Assembly: GCA_023250675.1 (NCBI GenBank) | Contig: JAHFAE010000001.1 | Coordinates: 31,635 to 95,634 of the forward strand | Direction: 5' to 3' | Source of the DNA: Oligoflexia bacterium | GTDB lineage: Bacteria; Bdellovibrionota; Bdellovibrionia; JABDDW01 | Length of the DNA: 64,000 bases | Shown here: in pieces, positions 26,156 through 38,556 of the stretch | Position numbering within the stretch: position 1 is the stretch's first letter | Layout: each line of letters begins with the position of its first letter | Translations under genes and position numbers: made by a program | Notes under the pieces: model-generated | Database searches by the model: none | What the model was told of the DNA's origin: nothing | Seen by the model: the letters and a program-made list of their open reading frames with translations, nothing else

Positions 26156-28756
26156 ATGAAAAAGCTCTATCTCGTCGACGTAAGCTCGATATTTTTTCGA
26201 GCATTTTATGCCATCCGACAACTCAATAATAGTAAGGGCCTGCCCACCAATGCGCTCTACGGTTTTTTAGCCACCATGACAAAACTCATTAAAGAACATA
26301 GGCCCGATGGGCTGGCCCTTTGCTTTGACACGCCAGACGCAGGATTTCGAGAAGAAATTTACCCTGAATACAAAGCCAACAGAGACGATGCCCCAGAGGA
26401 TTTAGTATTGCAATTTCCTTACTTAAAAAAATTGTCCATGGCAATGTCACTGCCCAGTTTTGAAATTTCTGGTTTTGAAGCCGACGATATCATTGGCACA
26501 CTAGCCAAAAAGTGCAAACGAAACGGGCTTGAGGTCGTTATAGTCAGTGGCGACAAAGATTTTACTCAGCTGGTAGAGGCAGGAGTTTCAATTTATGACC
26601 CTGCTAAAGATTTATTTATCAATCGCGACGGTGTGTTGGCGAAAATGGGAGTGGAACCCTCTCAGGTCATTGATTATCTTGCACTTATTGGGGATGCTTC
26701 AGACAATGTACCAGGGGTCGATGGGATCGGCCCTAAAGGTGCGGTGAAACTATTATCAGAATTTAAATCCCTAGACGGAATCTACGAAAATTTAGGGATG
26801 GTCAAAAGTCCCCGTATTAACGAAATGCTTAAGACTCAAAAAAAGCAAGCTTACCTTTCGCAAAAACTTGTAACTATATTTTGTGACTGTAAGATTAACA
26901 TTAATATTGACGAGCTTAAGCTTCGTCCCGTAAATCGTGAACTTCTTTTGCCTCTCCTTGACGAATTTGAGTTTAAAGGCATTGCCCAAAAGCTTTTAGG
27001 TCCTGGAAATTTAGACGAATCTCTAGTTCCTCTGGATTCTAAGCCCCTCGTAACACCAGTGAGTGCAAGTGCGTCGGAAGATCAAACGCCCGAAACTAAA
27101 GCTTTCATTATAACTAAAATCGGAGATTTAGAAAAAGCGCTTAACCCAAATTTAGACGAAATTTGGCTCGACGTCACATCCAGAGGAATTGCCATCGGAT
27201 TTGGCGGTAAAACTTTTAGATTTGAAGGGGACGCCAGTTCCTTCAACCAATGGCTCAGCCAAACTCTTAGCTCTCGTCCGTTAAAAATTTCTGGTTATGA
27301 CGTAAAAGCTATGGCCCACGAAGTAAAATTATCCCCCCAAGCCTTTCAGGCCGTAGGAACAGACGTCTTACTGATGGCTTACTGTACGGGTGATAATCAA
27401 GAATACGATCTTGGCTATTTGAGCAAAAAATTACTCAACATAGATCTGCCCGAATTTGCGCTTCCAGAAGAGCGACTAGGTCTCATAAAAAAGATTCAAG
27501 TCTGTCTTTCAGGCCAACTAGAACCTCAAAATACAAATAAGATTTTAACGACCATTGAGCAACCTTTGGCACCAGTACTCTATTCTATGGAGAAAGTAGG
27601 CATTCTCCTTGACTCGAAAAATTTAAATGATTTTTCAGTGGAACTTCTCAAAGAATCCCAAAGTTTAGAAAAGGAAATTTGCGAAGTCGCGGGTTATGAA
27701 TTCAATATAAGCAGTCCAAAACAGTTGGGGAGAGTTCTATTTGACAAATTGGGATTACCTCCTGTCAGAAAAACAAAAACCGGTTATTCTACGGACTCCG
27801 ATGTATTAGAAAAATTAATAAAACTTCACCCTATTGCCGCAAAAATTTTGGATTGGAGAGAAGTCACAAAACTTCGATCCACATACGTGGATGCCCTTCC
27901 TCAACTAGTAAGCCCTGAGACCGGCAGAGTGCACACGACTTATCTTCAAGCTGTGGCGGCAACGGGCAGACTAAGTTCTGTGCACCCCAATTTGCAAAAC
28001 ATACCCATTAGAACACCCCGAGGACAAAGAATAAGACACTCATTTATCGCCGCCGATGGTAAACAACTAATTTCGGCCGATTACAGCCAAGTTGAACTTA
28101 GAATTTTGGCCCATATCACAGGTGATAGCGGTTTAGTGAGGGCTTTTGAATCTGACGTGGATATTCATTCGGCGACGGCCAGTGAAGTTTTTGATGTGCA
28201 ACTCTCCAAAGTCACGGCCGATCAGCGCCGTGCGGCCAAAGCAATAAATTTTGGTTTGGCCTACGGAATGAGTGAATTTGGTCTTGCTGAAAGCTTAAAA
28301 ATAGAAAGGCGAGAAGCTGCTGAATTTATCCAGAGATATTTTTTGAGGTTTTCAAAAGTACAGCAATATATGCACGATGTAGTCGAGACGACAAAACAAA
28401 CGGGGTATGCTGAAACTCTTTTTGGGAGACGGCGCTTTTATCCGGATATGAAATCATCTAATGGGCGGCTCAGACAAAATGCTGAGCGAGCAGTCATTAA
28501 TATGCCCATTCAAGGTGCAGCTGCTGATGTAATTAAGCTTGCCATGGTTGAGATCTCAAAAAAACTGCCTATGAAATTTGGGAATGAGGCAAGAATGCTC
28601 TTACAGGTGCATGACGAATTGGTGTTTGAAGTTCAAAACGAAGCTGTTCAGGAATTTTCAAAAGTCGTTGCCGAAATTATGGAAACCCAAACTCCGCTCA
28701 GAGTGCCTTTAAAAGTCTCAGTGGGATCTGGGCCAACTTGGGGAGTTGCTCATTAG
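26156..28756 (+). CDS. polA: DNA polymerase I
   Basis: 5'-3' exonuclease N-terminus, polymerase motif A 'ISADYSQVELRILAH', motif B 'RRAAKAINFGLAYG', motif C 'LQVHDELVFE'. The central 3'-5' exonuclease region lacks a clear DxE motif. Confidence 0.95.
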   Translation: MKKLYLVDVSSIFFRAFYAIRQLNNSKGLPTNALYGFLATMTKLIKEHRPDGLALCFDTPDAGFREEIYPEYKANRDDAPEDLVLQFPYLKKLSMAMSLPSFEISGFEADDIIGTLAKKCKRNGLEVVIVSGDKDFTQLVEAGVSIYDPAKDLFINRDGVLAKMGVEPSQVIDYLALIGDASDNVPGVDGIGPKGAVKLLSEFKSLDGIYENLGMVKSPRINEMLKTQKKQAYLSQKLVTIFCDCKININIDELKLRPVNRELLLPLLDEFEFKGIAQKLLGPGNLDESLVPLDSKPLVTPVSASASEDQTPETKAFIITKIGDLEKALNPNLDEIWLDVTSRGIAIGFGGKTFRFEGDASSFNQWLSQTLSSRPLKISGYDVKAMAHEVKLSPQAFQAVGTDVLLMAYCTGDNQEYDLGYLSKKLLNIDLPEFALPEERLGLIKKIQVCLSGQLEPQNTNKILTTIEQPLAPVLYSMEKVGILLDSKNLNDFSVELLKESQSLEKEICEVAGYEFNISSPKQLGRVLFDKLGLPPVRKTKTGYSTDSDVLEKLIKLHPIAAKILDWREVTKLRSTYVDALPQLVSPETGRVHTTYLQAVAATGRLSSVHPNLQNIPIRTPRGQRIRHSFIAADGKQLISADYSQVELRILAHITGDSGLVRAFESDVDIHSATASEVFDVQLSKVTADQRRAAKAINFGLAYGMSEFGLAESLKIERREAAEFIQRYFLRFSKVQQYMHDVVETTKQTGYAETLFGRRRFYPDMKSSNGRLRQNAERAVINMPIQGAAADVIKLAMVEISKKLPMKFGNEARMLLQVHDELVFEVQNEAVQEFSKVVAEIMETQTPLRVPLKVSVGSGPTWGVAH

Positions 28757-29385
28757 TATCTTTGCCAACCTACAACTTTGCCACTTTCAAAAATTACAAC
28801 TCGTTCTTCTTTTTGGTAGCCCTCAGCAGTTGAGACAAATTCAACATATTTCCAGCGCTCATTTCCGTAGAGTTGATTTCCGGCCACTTCTACGGTTATG
28901 GGTTCACCCCAACTCTCGATAACCGCATCTCGGGTCATTCCCAAAATGATGTCACTTTTTGAAACTGCATCTTTGACCGGAGGGGTATATTTGTTTGTTT
29001 TAAAATAGATACCCCGCTGCATGGCATAGCGGTCTCGAGCCTCAAAACTGGGCAACATAAGAAATGAGACTCTTTCATCGTCATTGTCTAAATATGATTT
29101 GAAATTAAAATATTGCTCTCTTTCTTTCTCAGAGGAAATACTTTTTTCTAACCTTTTGAGTTGTATTCTTTTACCAAGGGCATCGCGCTCGTCGCTAGAG
29201 AGTCGTTTTGAGGGGGAGATGCCCATCTCATCTAGGGCTTCTGTGGTCCCGCTCCGTTGTGCGGCATAGGCAGCGTAATCGTCCTCAGCAATAGAAGCGG
29301 CAGGACCATCGGTATCCCAAAGTGCACAGGCGGGCGTAAAAATTAGTGACAAGGTGACAATAGGTAATAGCGGCTTCATGCTCAC
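28753..29385 (-). CDS. Hypothetical lipoprotein
   Basis: Signal peptide ending in 'FTPAC'; 210 aa. Confidence 0.45.
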   Translation of the reverse strand: MSMKPLLPIVTLSLIFTPACALWDTDGPAASIAEDDYAAYAAQRSGTTEALDEMGISPSKRLSSDERDALGKRIQLKRLEKSISSEKEREQYFNFKSYLDNDDERVSFLMLPSFEARDRYAMQRGIYFKTNKYTPPVKDAVSKSDIILGMTRDAVIESWGEPITVEVAGNQLYGNERWKYVEFVSTAEGYQKEERVVIFESGKVVGWQRY

Positions 29386-29420
29386 TCCTCATAAATTTGT
29401 TTTCTTAACTTTTTTTCGGA

Positions 29421-30782
29421 ATGAATTGCGAAAATATGAATAAGTTTCTTACACTAATTAAGTCAAGACATCAAATTGAGGGAACTAGACCATTGTCCAA
29501 CGAGAACGAAGACGATTTAAAGGCAGAGAAAAAACTCAAAGAGCTTGAGCGCAATCTTGCCAAAGAGCTAGACCAACAGGTTCGTCTCACCGAGGCCTCT
29601 GACTCAAGACTTGATGGGTCCGTCATGCTTAATCCCAACTTAGATGTAAGTACAACCAAAGCAAAAAAAGGAGGTGCCGATCTCGCAGGTCTTGCGAAAT
29701 TAGTGGAGCCGGCTCATAAGGACGGGCACGGAGTTGCCAAGATTTCAGACGACACGGTAGTTAAGACTGGGACCCCGCCCCCTGGGGTGGTACCACCGGG
29801 AGAAAAGCATTTTGAAGAACTAAGTCTTAGTGAAATCGATGGACTTTTAAATCAGTTGGATGAGGGTTTTCAAAAAAGTCTCGAGGGACTAAAAACAGAT
29901 TTAAGTGACCTTAAGCTCCCTGAAAAGGGATTTGAGTCAATGAGCATTGGGGCTGACTACCTCCAAGGATTTGAAACAAAATCAGATGGCGAATCTAAAG
30001 CCATATTGGCTGGCGTGCGGGAATTACAAAAAGTTGTAAAGCCACGACTTTTTCCTTCTTTATTTTTATTGATGAAAAACTTTACAAATATTTTCAGTCA
30101 TATGGGCAACTCGTTACTCATAAGTATTAAGAGCTATCGAAAAAAACCAAATAAAGAGATCATGGCTCATTTTGTTTCAGAATTAAAAGAGACAAAGAAC
30201 CTGATCCCTCCTGTTATTCAATCTGGCAAAACATTCGTCACTGTCATTTTCGGCTATGATCGTGTTACCTACACAAAATTTTTGATTTCGCTCATTCTCA
30301 TTTCATTACTATATTATTTGGTCTTAGACATCAGAGAGCACCTCAAGCCAGACAGCGAGCGTGATCCATTCTTGAGAAGTTTTAATGATGTCGCAAATCT
30401 GATTCAGGTCATGCCAGAAGAAGAGGGTCAATCAGAAGATGATTTAGATGTAGAAAGTGCCATTCGCCACCCAGAATTCACTTACCTCATTCACCGCATT
30501 GTAGCCAATCTTAAACCCCCCTCTTCACGTCGAACGCCCATGGCGGCTATTGAATTATTTTTAGAAGCCACGAGCCGAGAGTGTGCCGTAGAAATTCACG
30601 ACAGAGAAAATGAAGTGAGAGATGCCATTGAGAGAACAATTGAAGAAACAACCTTTGATGAAATTGATTCTCCTCATGGCAAAATTCATTTGAAAAATAA
30701 AATTCGCACTTCACTCAATCGATTACTCAATCGAGGAAACATAAAAACCGTTTTTTTCAAGAACATTACTTTTCACCGATAA
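29421..30782 (+). CDS. Hypothetical protein: acidic coiled N-terminus, central hydrophobic segments
   Basis: 453-aa ORF with no recognisable catalytic motifs. Hydrophobic stretch 'FLISLILISLLYYLVL'. Confidence 0.4.
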   Translation: MNCENMNKFLTLIKSRHQIEGTRPLSNENEDDLKAEKKLKELERNLAKELDQQVRLTEASDSRLDGSVMLNPNLDVSTTKAKKGGADLAGLAKLVEPAHKDGHGVAKISDDTVVKTGTPPPGVVPPGEKHFEELSLSEIDGLLNQLDEGFQKSLEGLKTDLSDLKLPEKGFESMSIGADYLQGFETKSDGESKAILAGVRELQKVVKPRLFPSLFLLMKNFTNIFSHMGNSLLISIKSYRKKPNKEIMAHFVSELKETKNLIPPVIQSGKTFVTVIFGYDRVTYTKFLISLILISLLYYLVLDIREHLKPDSERDPFLRSFNDVANLIQVMPEEEGQSEDDLDVESAIRHPEFTYLIHRIVANLKPPSSRRTPMAAIELFLEATSRECAVEIHDRENEVRDAIERTIEETTFDEIDSPHGKIHLKNKIRTSLNRLLNRGNIKTVFFKNITFHR

Positions 30783-30819
30783 ATCCTGGAATTCGAAAAT
30801 CTCGCTTTCTTAGAAGCGC

Positions 30820-32199
30820 TTAGATTTGTTTGATGAGCTCTTTAACATTGATCTCGTATGCCCTGATACGATCGTGAAGAGTGCTTTTGGCAAGGCCAAG
30901 ATCTGCAGCAGTTTTTCTTTGATTACCGAGATTTGCAATGAGTCGGCACTTAATCATTTCTTTTTCAACTTCTTTCATAAGTGGAATTTGCGTTTGTTTT
31001 AAAAAAAGTGGAGTGAAAGCTGGTTTTTCGCTTATGGGAATATTGGGTTTATCTAGAATCACTCTTAAGTGTTCGGGCTCAATATAGGTTTTTGGAAACA
31101 GCGCCGAAGCTCGAGCAACAATATTTTTCAATTCTCTGATGTTTCCAGGCCAAGAGTAAGATCTGAGTTCTTCTATGGCTTGCACAGAAAACGCTACATG
31201 GGTTTGACGACAAAAGAAATAGAGTAGGTCATTGAAGTCCTCCATTCGATCTCGAAGGGCAGGAATTGGAATCTTTATGACATGCATTCTAAAAAAGAGA
31301 TCCGCTCTGAATTGGCCTTCATTGACCATCTTTTGAAGATCTTTATGCGTAGCCGTAATGATACGAACATTTGTTTCGACTATGCGGTCACATCCAACGG
31401 GTCTTATTTCTTTATTTTCAAGGGCTCTTAAAAGTTTTGGTTGAAGGGTAAGTGGCAAATCGCCAATTTCATCTAGAAAGAGTGTTCCATTTCTAGCTGC
31501 TTCAAAAGCGCCTTTGCGGTCGGATTGGGCACCCGTAAAGCTTCCCTTTAAATGCCCGAAGAGTTCAGACTCAACAAGAGATTCGGTGAGAGCGCTGCAG
31601 TTGACGCTTATAAAGGGCCATTTTTTTCTGTGACTTTGATCGTGAATGACTTTTGCGAGTACTTCTTTTCCACAACCACTTTCTCCTTGGAGGAAGACGG
31701 GGAGATCAGTTTTTGACAATTGACTTATGGTTCTTAATCTCAAAGTCCAATCTTTATTTCGTGAACTCAGGGGCAAATCTTCAAGTTGGGGCAATTCATT
31801 GTCGCACTCTGTTTGAAATAGAAATTCTGTATTGCCAATTTGTATATGGCTGCCATTTAAAAGCTGACCTTCGTGAATTTTTAAGCCATTGACTCTTACC
31901 CCGTTGAGGCTGTTGAGGTCTTTTAAAAAAAAACCATTTGGTCTGCGTTCAAACTTGCAATGGTATGCACTGACATGGGGATCACTAATGCAGTAATGGT
32001 TTCCGGGATCTCGACCCATCTCAATAATGCCTTCAATGGGAATTTTCAGGCCCCCAGCAATGGGTATGATATAGGCCCCTTTTTCAGAGTTAATGAGTTC
32101 ACCGACGTTAAGTGTTTGATTGATCATAGCAATCCCCTTTTCACAAATCGTGCCGGCCACAGCTCTGCTTTTATTTGATTTGAGGATTAGATGGCGCAA
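30820..32199 (-). CDS. Sigma-54-dependent transcriptional activator with an N-terminal FHA domain
   Basis: FHA ('GRDPGNHYCISDPHVSAYHCKFE...SLNGVRVNG'), AAA+ Walker A 'GESGCGKE', GAFTGA-like 'GSFTGA', C-terminal HTH. Confidence 0.85.
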   Translation of the reverse strand: MRHLILKSNKSRAVAGTICEKGIAMINQTLNVGELINSEKGAYIIPIAGGLKIPIEGIIEMGRDPGNHYCISDPHVSAYHCKFERRPNGFFLKDLNSLNGVRVNGLKIHEGQLLNGSHIQIGNTEFLFQTECDNELPQLEDLPLSSRNKDWTLRLRTISQLSKTDLPVFLQGESGCGKEVLAKVIHDQSHRKKWPFISVNCSALTESLVESELFGHLKGSFTGAQSDRKGAFEAARNGTLFLDEIGDLPLTLQPKLLRALENKEIRPVGCDRIVETNVRIITATHKDLQKMVNEGQFRADLFFRMHVIKIPIPALRDRMEDFNDLLYFFCRQTHVAFSVQAIEELRSYSWPGNIRELKNIVARASALFPKTYIEPEHLRVILDKPNIPISEKPAFTPLFLKQTQIPLMKEVEKEMIKCRLIANLGNQRKTAADLGLAKSTLHDRIRAYEINVKELIKQI

Positions 32200-32249
32200 A
32201 GGTTCTTGCGGTTGTCAGATATTCTTTCTCGTAGTAATGTCAGCCGGTT

Positions 32250-32845
32250 ATGCCTATTGCGAAGTTCTTAAAAAGTGCTGTGTTGCCGTCCGACTATCCG
32301 GATCCGGCCGTCCCGGAAATCGCCCTTGTGGGTCGATCAAACTCGGGAAAAAGTACACTCCTCAATGCTATTTGTGGACAGCCCGTAGCGAAAGTAAGTG
32401 GTACTCCTGGAAAAACACGATTGATAAATTTTTTTCAAGTTGGCGAACACTACAGGCTTGTAGACCTTCCGGGATATGGATATGCGGTTCGCAACGATGA
32501 TGAAAGAAAAATGTGGAGCCAGATGATTCATGATTTTTTCGCAACCAGAGAAAACTTGAAAGGGTTTCTGTTGATTTGCGATATGAGGCGAGAATGGACA
32601 GGTGATGAGCAACTTATTTTTGATCTTTCTCAAAGTAGAGGTTTGAATATTCTTTGCATATTGACCAAACTCGATAAACTTGGACAAAATGAGTCGAGAA
32701 AACTTTTTCAAAATTGGTTAAAAACTTCGAGGCTATCCCCTGATTTTTTTAGACCTGTATCTTCCATGGAAAACGACGGGATAAAAGAAATGGAAAAATT
32801 TATCTTTCAGAGTTGGATAAAACCCCTCATAGATGAAAAAGGCGC

Positions 32846-32852
<7 letters not shown>
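32250..32852 (+). CDS. engB: Ribosome biogenesis GTPase EngB/YihA
   Basis: G1 'GRSNSGKST', G3 'DLPGYG', G4 'TKLDK'. Confidence 0.9.
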
Positions 32853-35346
<2,494 letters not shown>

Positions 35347-35348
35347 TT

Positions 35349-36329
35349 GTGATGTCGTCTTTAGGTGAAGCCAAAAGAGTTTTTGAAATTGAAGCCCAGG
35401 CCATTTTAGAGCTTAAAAATAAACTTGATTCCAAATTTGATGCGGCAGTTTCTCTCATTGTCGAATGTCGTGGAAAAGTCGTTGTGACCGGGATGGGAAA
35501 ATCAGGTCAGATTGCTAGAAAAATTGCTTCTACTTTGTCATCCACTGGCACGCCAGCTGTTTTTGTTCATCCCGCCGAAACTTCACATGGTGATATGGGA
35601 GTCATATCATTCGGAGATATTTTACTTGCCCTATCATATAGGGGTGAGACAGACGAATTGCGGGCCCTTATCGAGTTTGCAAAGCGTAAAGGTGTGAAAT
35701 TAATTTCGCTCACTGGAAATTTGGCGTCCTCTTTGGGAACCGCCAGTGACGTAGCGTTAGATGTTTCAATTAGAGAAGAAGCGTGTCCTCTGGGGTTAGC
35801 ACCGACAGCAAGTACTACGGCTGCCTTGGCCATGGGGGATGCTTTGGCTGTAGCCGCTCTTACTAAACGTGGATTCAATGCCCAAGAATTTGCTGAGTAT
35901 CACCCCGGCGGAAGCCTTGGAAGGCGACTTTTAACGAGGGTCAAAGACTTAATGCATAAAGGAGAAGGGGTACCCCTTGTTCAACTTGAAACAGGAATGA
36001 AAGAAGTCATTTCTGCAATGACGGCAAAAGAAGTGAGAGGTGTTTGCGGCGTCACTGATGCAACAGGAAATCTTTTGGGTATAATCACTGATGGAGATCT
36101 TCGACGACGTTTAGAAAAGAGTAAGAACCCCTTAGATGATTCTGCAAACGACATCATGGTTCGCAATCCAAAAACAGTGGACGCTGCAGAAATGGCAGAA
36201 CGAGCCTTGTTTTTGATGGAGCAATTTGCCATACAAAGTCTTTTTGTCGTCGATCGCATGGGTGGTCAACCACAGCGCCCAGTAGGGATTCTCCATCTTC
36301 AAGACCTTTTGAAGGCTCGAATTCGCTAG
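35349..36329 (+). CDS. kdsD: Arabinose-5-phosphate isomerase (KpsF/GutQ family; SIS + CBS domains)
   Basis: 'VVVTGMGKSGQIARK', 'ISYRGET', tandem CBS C-terminus. Confidence 0.9.
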   Translation: MMSSLGEAKRVFEIEAQAILELKNKLDSKFDAAVSLIVECRGKVVVTGMGKSGQIARKIASTLSSTGTPAVFVHPAETSHGDMGVISFGDILLALSYRGETDELRALIEFAKRKGVKLISLTGNLASSLGTASDVALDVSIREEACPLGLAPTASTTAALAMGDALAVAALTKRGFNAQEFAEYHPGGSLGRRLLTRVKDLMHKGEGVPLVQLETGMKEVISAMTAKEVRGVCGVTDATGNLLGIITDGDLRRRLEKSKNPLDDSANDIMVRNPKTVDAAEMAERALFLMEQFAIQSLFVVDRMGGQPQRPVGILHLQDLLKARIR

Positions 36330-36408
36330 ACTTTACACGAGCCCGACCTTGGGCGAGAACATAATCTGACCTGGCGTTTAAGCTCGGTCTTTGCCACAAT
36401 AAAAGAGT

Positions 36409-36945
36409 ATGCGCCACCTCCACGAGCGACTTCGGAAAGTTCGCATGTTGATATGCGATGTTGACGGCGTTCTTACCGATGGCCGGCTATGGATAAGCGA
36501 TGACGGAAAGTGGCGCCGTTTTTTTCATGTCAAGGATGGCGTGGGAATGAAGCTCTTAATGGACAATGGATATGAAGTTGGAGTCATTTCGGGTGGTAAA
36601 TCCGACGATGTGGTCCAACGTATGGAGTTTCTCAACATAAAGCATTTCTACCTGGAGGCCGCCGATAAAACTCAACCTTTTGAGAAAATATTAGAGAAAA
36701 CGGGCCTTAAAACTGACGAGATCGCCTTCATTGGCGATGAGATTTTTGATATTCCCATTTTAGAACGTGTCGGATTTGCGGCAACAGTACCAGGGGCCGT
36801 TGCCAAGGTAAAAAAATCTGCTCACTACGTCACCAAAACCGACGGGGGTGCCGGTGCCGTGAGAGAAGTTGTTGATCTCATTATGGAGCATGGAGCATTG
36901 AACAAGAAATCTAAGTCCCTAAAAAAAGGTCGGAGCCACTCTTGA
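36409..36945 (+). CDS. kdsC: Kdo-8-phosphate phosphatase (HAD family)
   Basis: 'LICDVDGVLTDG', 'GDEIFDIPIL', 'GGAGAVREVVDLIM'. Confidence 0.85.
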   Translation: MRHLHERLRKVRMLICDVDGVLTDGRLWISDDGKWRRFFHVKDGVGMKLLMDNGYEVGVISGGKSDDVVQRMEFLNIKHFYLEAADKTQPFEKILEKTGLKTDEIAFIGDEIFDIPILERVGFAATVPGAVAKVKKSAHYVTKTDGGAGAVREVVDLIMEHGALNKKSKSLKKGRSHS

Positions 36946-37640
36946 AATACATCCTCACCTTCACATTTATCGTTTCTGTTGTGATGCTCTTTACATCTGC
37001 TTCTCGAGCTGAAATGGTGGAATTCCCTCAAGAAGAATTATCTCGAGAATCTGTGCTACCCATTTTTGACCAACCCGAAGCCGTAAAAAAGAGAACTGTA
37101 CCTTTTGCTGATAGATACCAGTTAGAAGGATTTGCGGGAATGGGGCTAAGTGATCCCTTTTACAACGCATACCCGGTGGGTATTGAAGCTCTTTATCATC
37201 TTAACGATATTCATGCAGCGGGATTGCGTGTTGCCTGGGTCGCCTCTAGTCAAACGAGCTATGTTCCACAAATTCAGCAATTACCAAACGCCAATAGTAT
37301 TCCTTTCGCTAGTGCCCCTTCTATGAAATATTTTGCTTTAGGTGAATATGAATTCACCCCCTATTACGGCAAAATAAGTCTCACAAAGCAAAACGTGATG
37401 AATTTAAGCATTTCAGGCACCGTTTTTGGAGGGGCTGTCGGAATGGATGCTGAAACTAGCCCTGGCTTCGGAGTGGGGCTGAACGAAAGATTTTTATTTA
37501 CAAGAAATTTAGGAATTAAAATTGATTTGCGGGCTATGTTTTACCAACAAACGGATGTGGTTGTAATTACGCCGGCAAAGAGAAACGTGGTTAATCTCTT
37601 TTTAACCGTGGGCGCCGTTTATTTTCTCCCGCAGCTTTAG
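36942..37640 (+). CDS. Outer-membrane beta-barrel protein, GltA/GltB-like
   Basis: Signal peptide, amphipathic strands, C-terminal 'GAVYFLPQL'. First gene of the gliding cluster. Confidence 0.45.
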   Translation: MKYILTFTFIVSVVMLFTSASRAEMVEFPQEELSRESVLPIFDQPEAVKKRTVPFADRYQLEGFAGMGLSDPFYNAYPVGIEALYHLNDIHAAGLRVAWVASSQTSYVPQIQQLPNANSIPFASAPSMKYFALGEYEFTPYYGKISLTKQNVMNLSISGTVFGGAVGMDAETSPGFGVGLNERFLFTRNLGIKIDLRAMFYQQTDVVVITPAKRNVVNLFLTVGAVYFLPQL

Positions 37641-37671
37641 GATGTATTGCAGTTAAAAAATTTGGGGAACG

Positions 37672-38556
37672 ATGCTTACAAAACAGTTTGCAAAAATTGT
37701 ATTTCTATCTTCGATGGCTTCAGGGCAGTTGTGTTTTGCCGAAGAAGGCATCCCTTTTGATCCCAATGTGCCTAACGGTAGCGATTCTTGGGCTCAAGCA
37801 CCTGATTCGTTAAAACCTCTACCTTCCGCTTCTCCGGCAGCGGTTGCCGAAATACCAAAAGAAAATACAGCACCAGCGGTACCTGTTCCTGTGACTAAAC
37901 AAGAGGCGACAAAAAGTGAGATTGTGAAAACAAAAATGCCGCCGCCTGCTGAACTTTCTGGACTTGGGAATTTAGCTCCTTTTAGTGACATCGCCGTCAT
38001 CAGTCGGCGGTTCTTACCCAAGACAAAAAGGTTTGAGATTTTTCCTAATTTGGGGATGGTATTAAATGACGCCTTTTTTAATGACGTAATCTACGGGGGC
38101 CGACTAGCTTATTATTTTTCAGAACACTATGCTTTCGAAGCAACAGGACTGGTTATCAGTACGTCTACCAAAGCAGTTACGGATGAACTTCAAAATATCA
38201 GAAATATCGCTACAGCGTCTTTGGCAACACCAAGATCTTATGCAGGGTTGGATTTTAAGTGGGTTCCGATCTACGGAAAAATTGGATGGATGAATAAAAG
38301 AATTGTGCCTTTCGACCTTTATCTTTCAGGCGGCGGTGGGGTAACCACAACAAATCAAAGTACAACTCCTGCGACTATTCATCTTGGAGTTGGGCAAATC
38401 TTTGCAATTTCAAAGTGGATGGCCGGTAGGTGGGATATCAGTTGGTATGCCTACAATTCAAGTACTACAGTAACGAACCGGGGGACGGGCACCTATTCTA
38501 ATCTTCACGCCACATTTGGTTTAAGCTTTTTCTTTCCCCCGGCGGAGTACAGATGA
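37672..38556 (+). CDS. Outer-membrane beta-barrel protein, GltA/GltB-like
   Basis: Signal peptide, Pro/Ala-rich linker, beta-barrel strands, 'FGLSFFF' C-terminus. Confidence 0.45.
   Translation: MLTKQFAKIVFLSSMASGQLCFAEEGIPFDPNVPNGSDSWAQAPDSLKPLPSASPAAVAEIPKENTAPAVPVPVTKQEATKSEIVKTKMPPPAELSGLGNLAPFSDIAVISRRFLPKTKRFEIFPNLGMVLNDAFFNDVIYGGRLAYYFSEHYAFEATGLVISTSTKAVTDELQNIRNIATASLATPRSYAGLDFKWVPIYGKIGWMNKRIVPFDLYLSGGGGVTTTNQSTTPATIHLGVGQIFAISKWMAGRWDISWYAYNSSTTVTNRGTGTYSNLHATFGLSFFFPPAEYR

Noticed and set aside
29386-29420. Possible sigma-54 promoter (GG-N10-GC) upstream of 29421 and other candidate targets
   Set aside because: The best candidate ('GGAATGAATTGC') has 8-nt rather than 10-nt spacing. 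No convincing TGGCAC-N5-TTGC match was found by eye.
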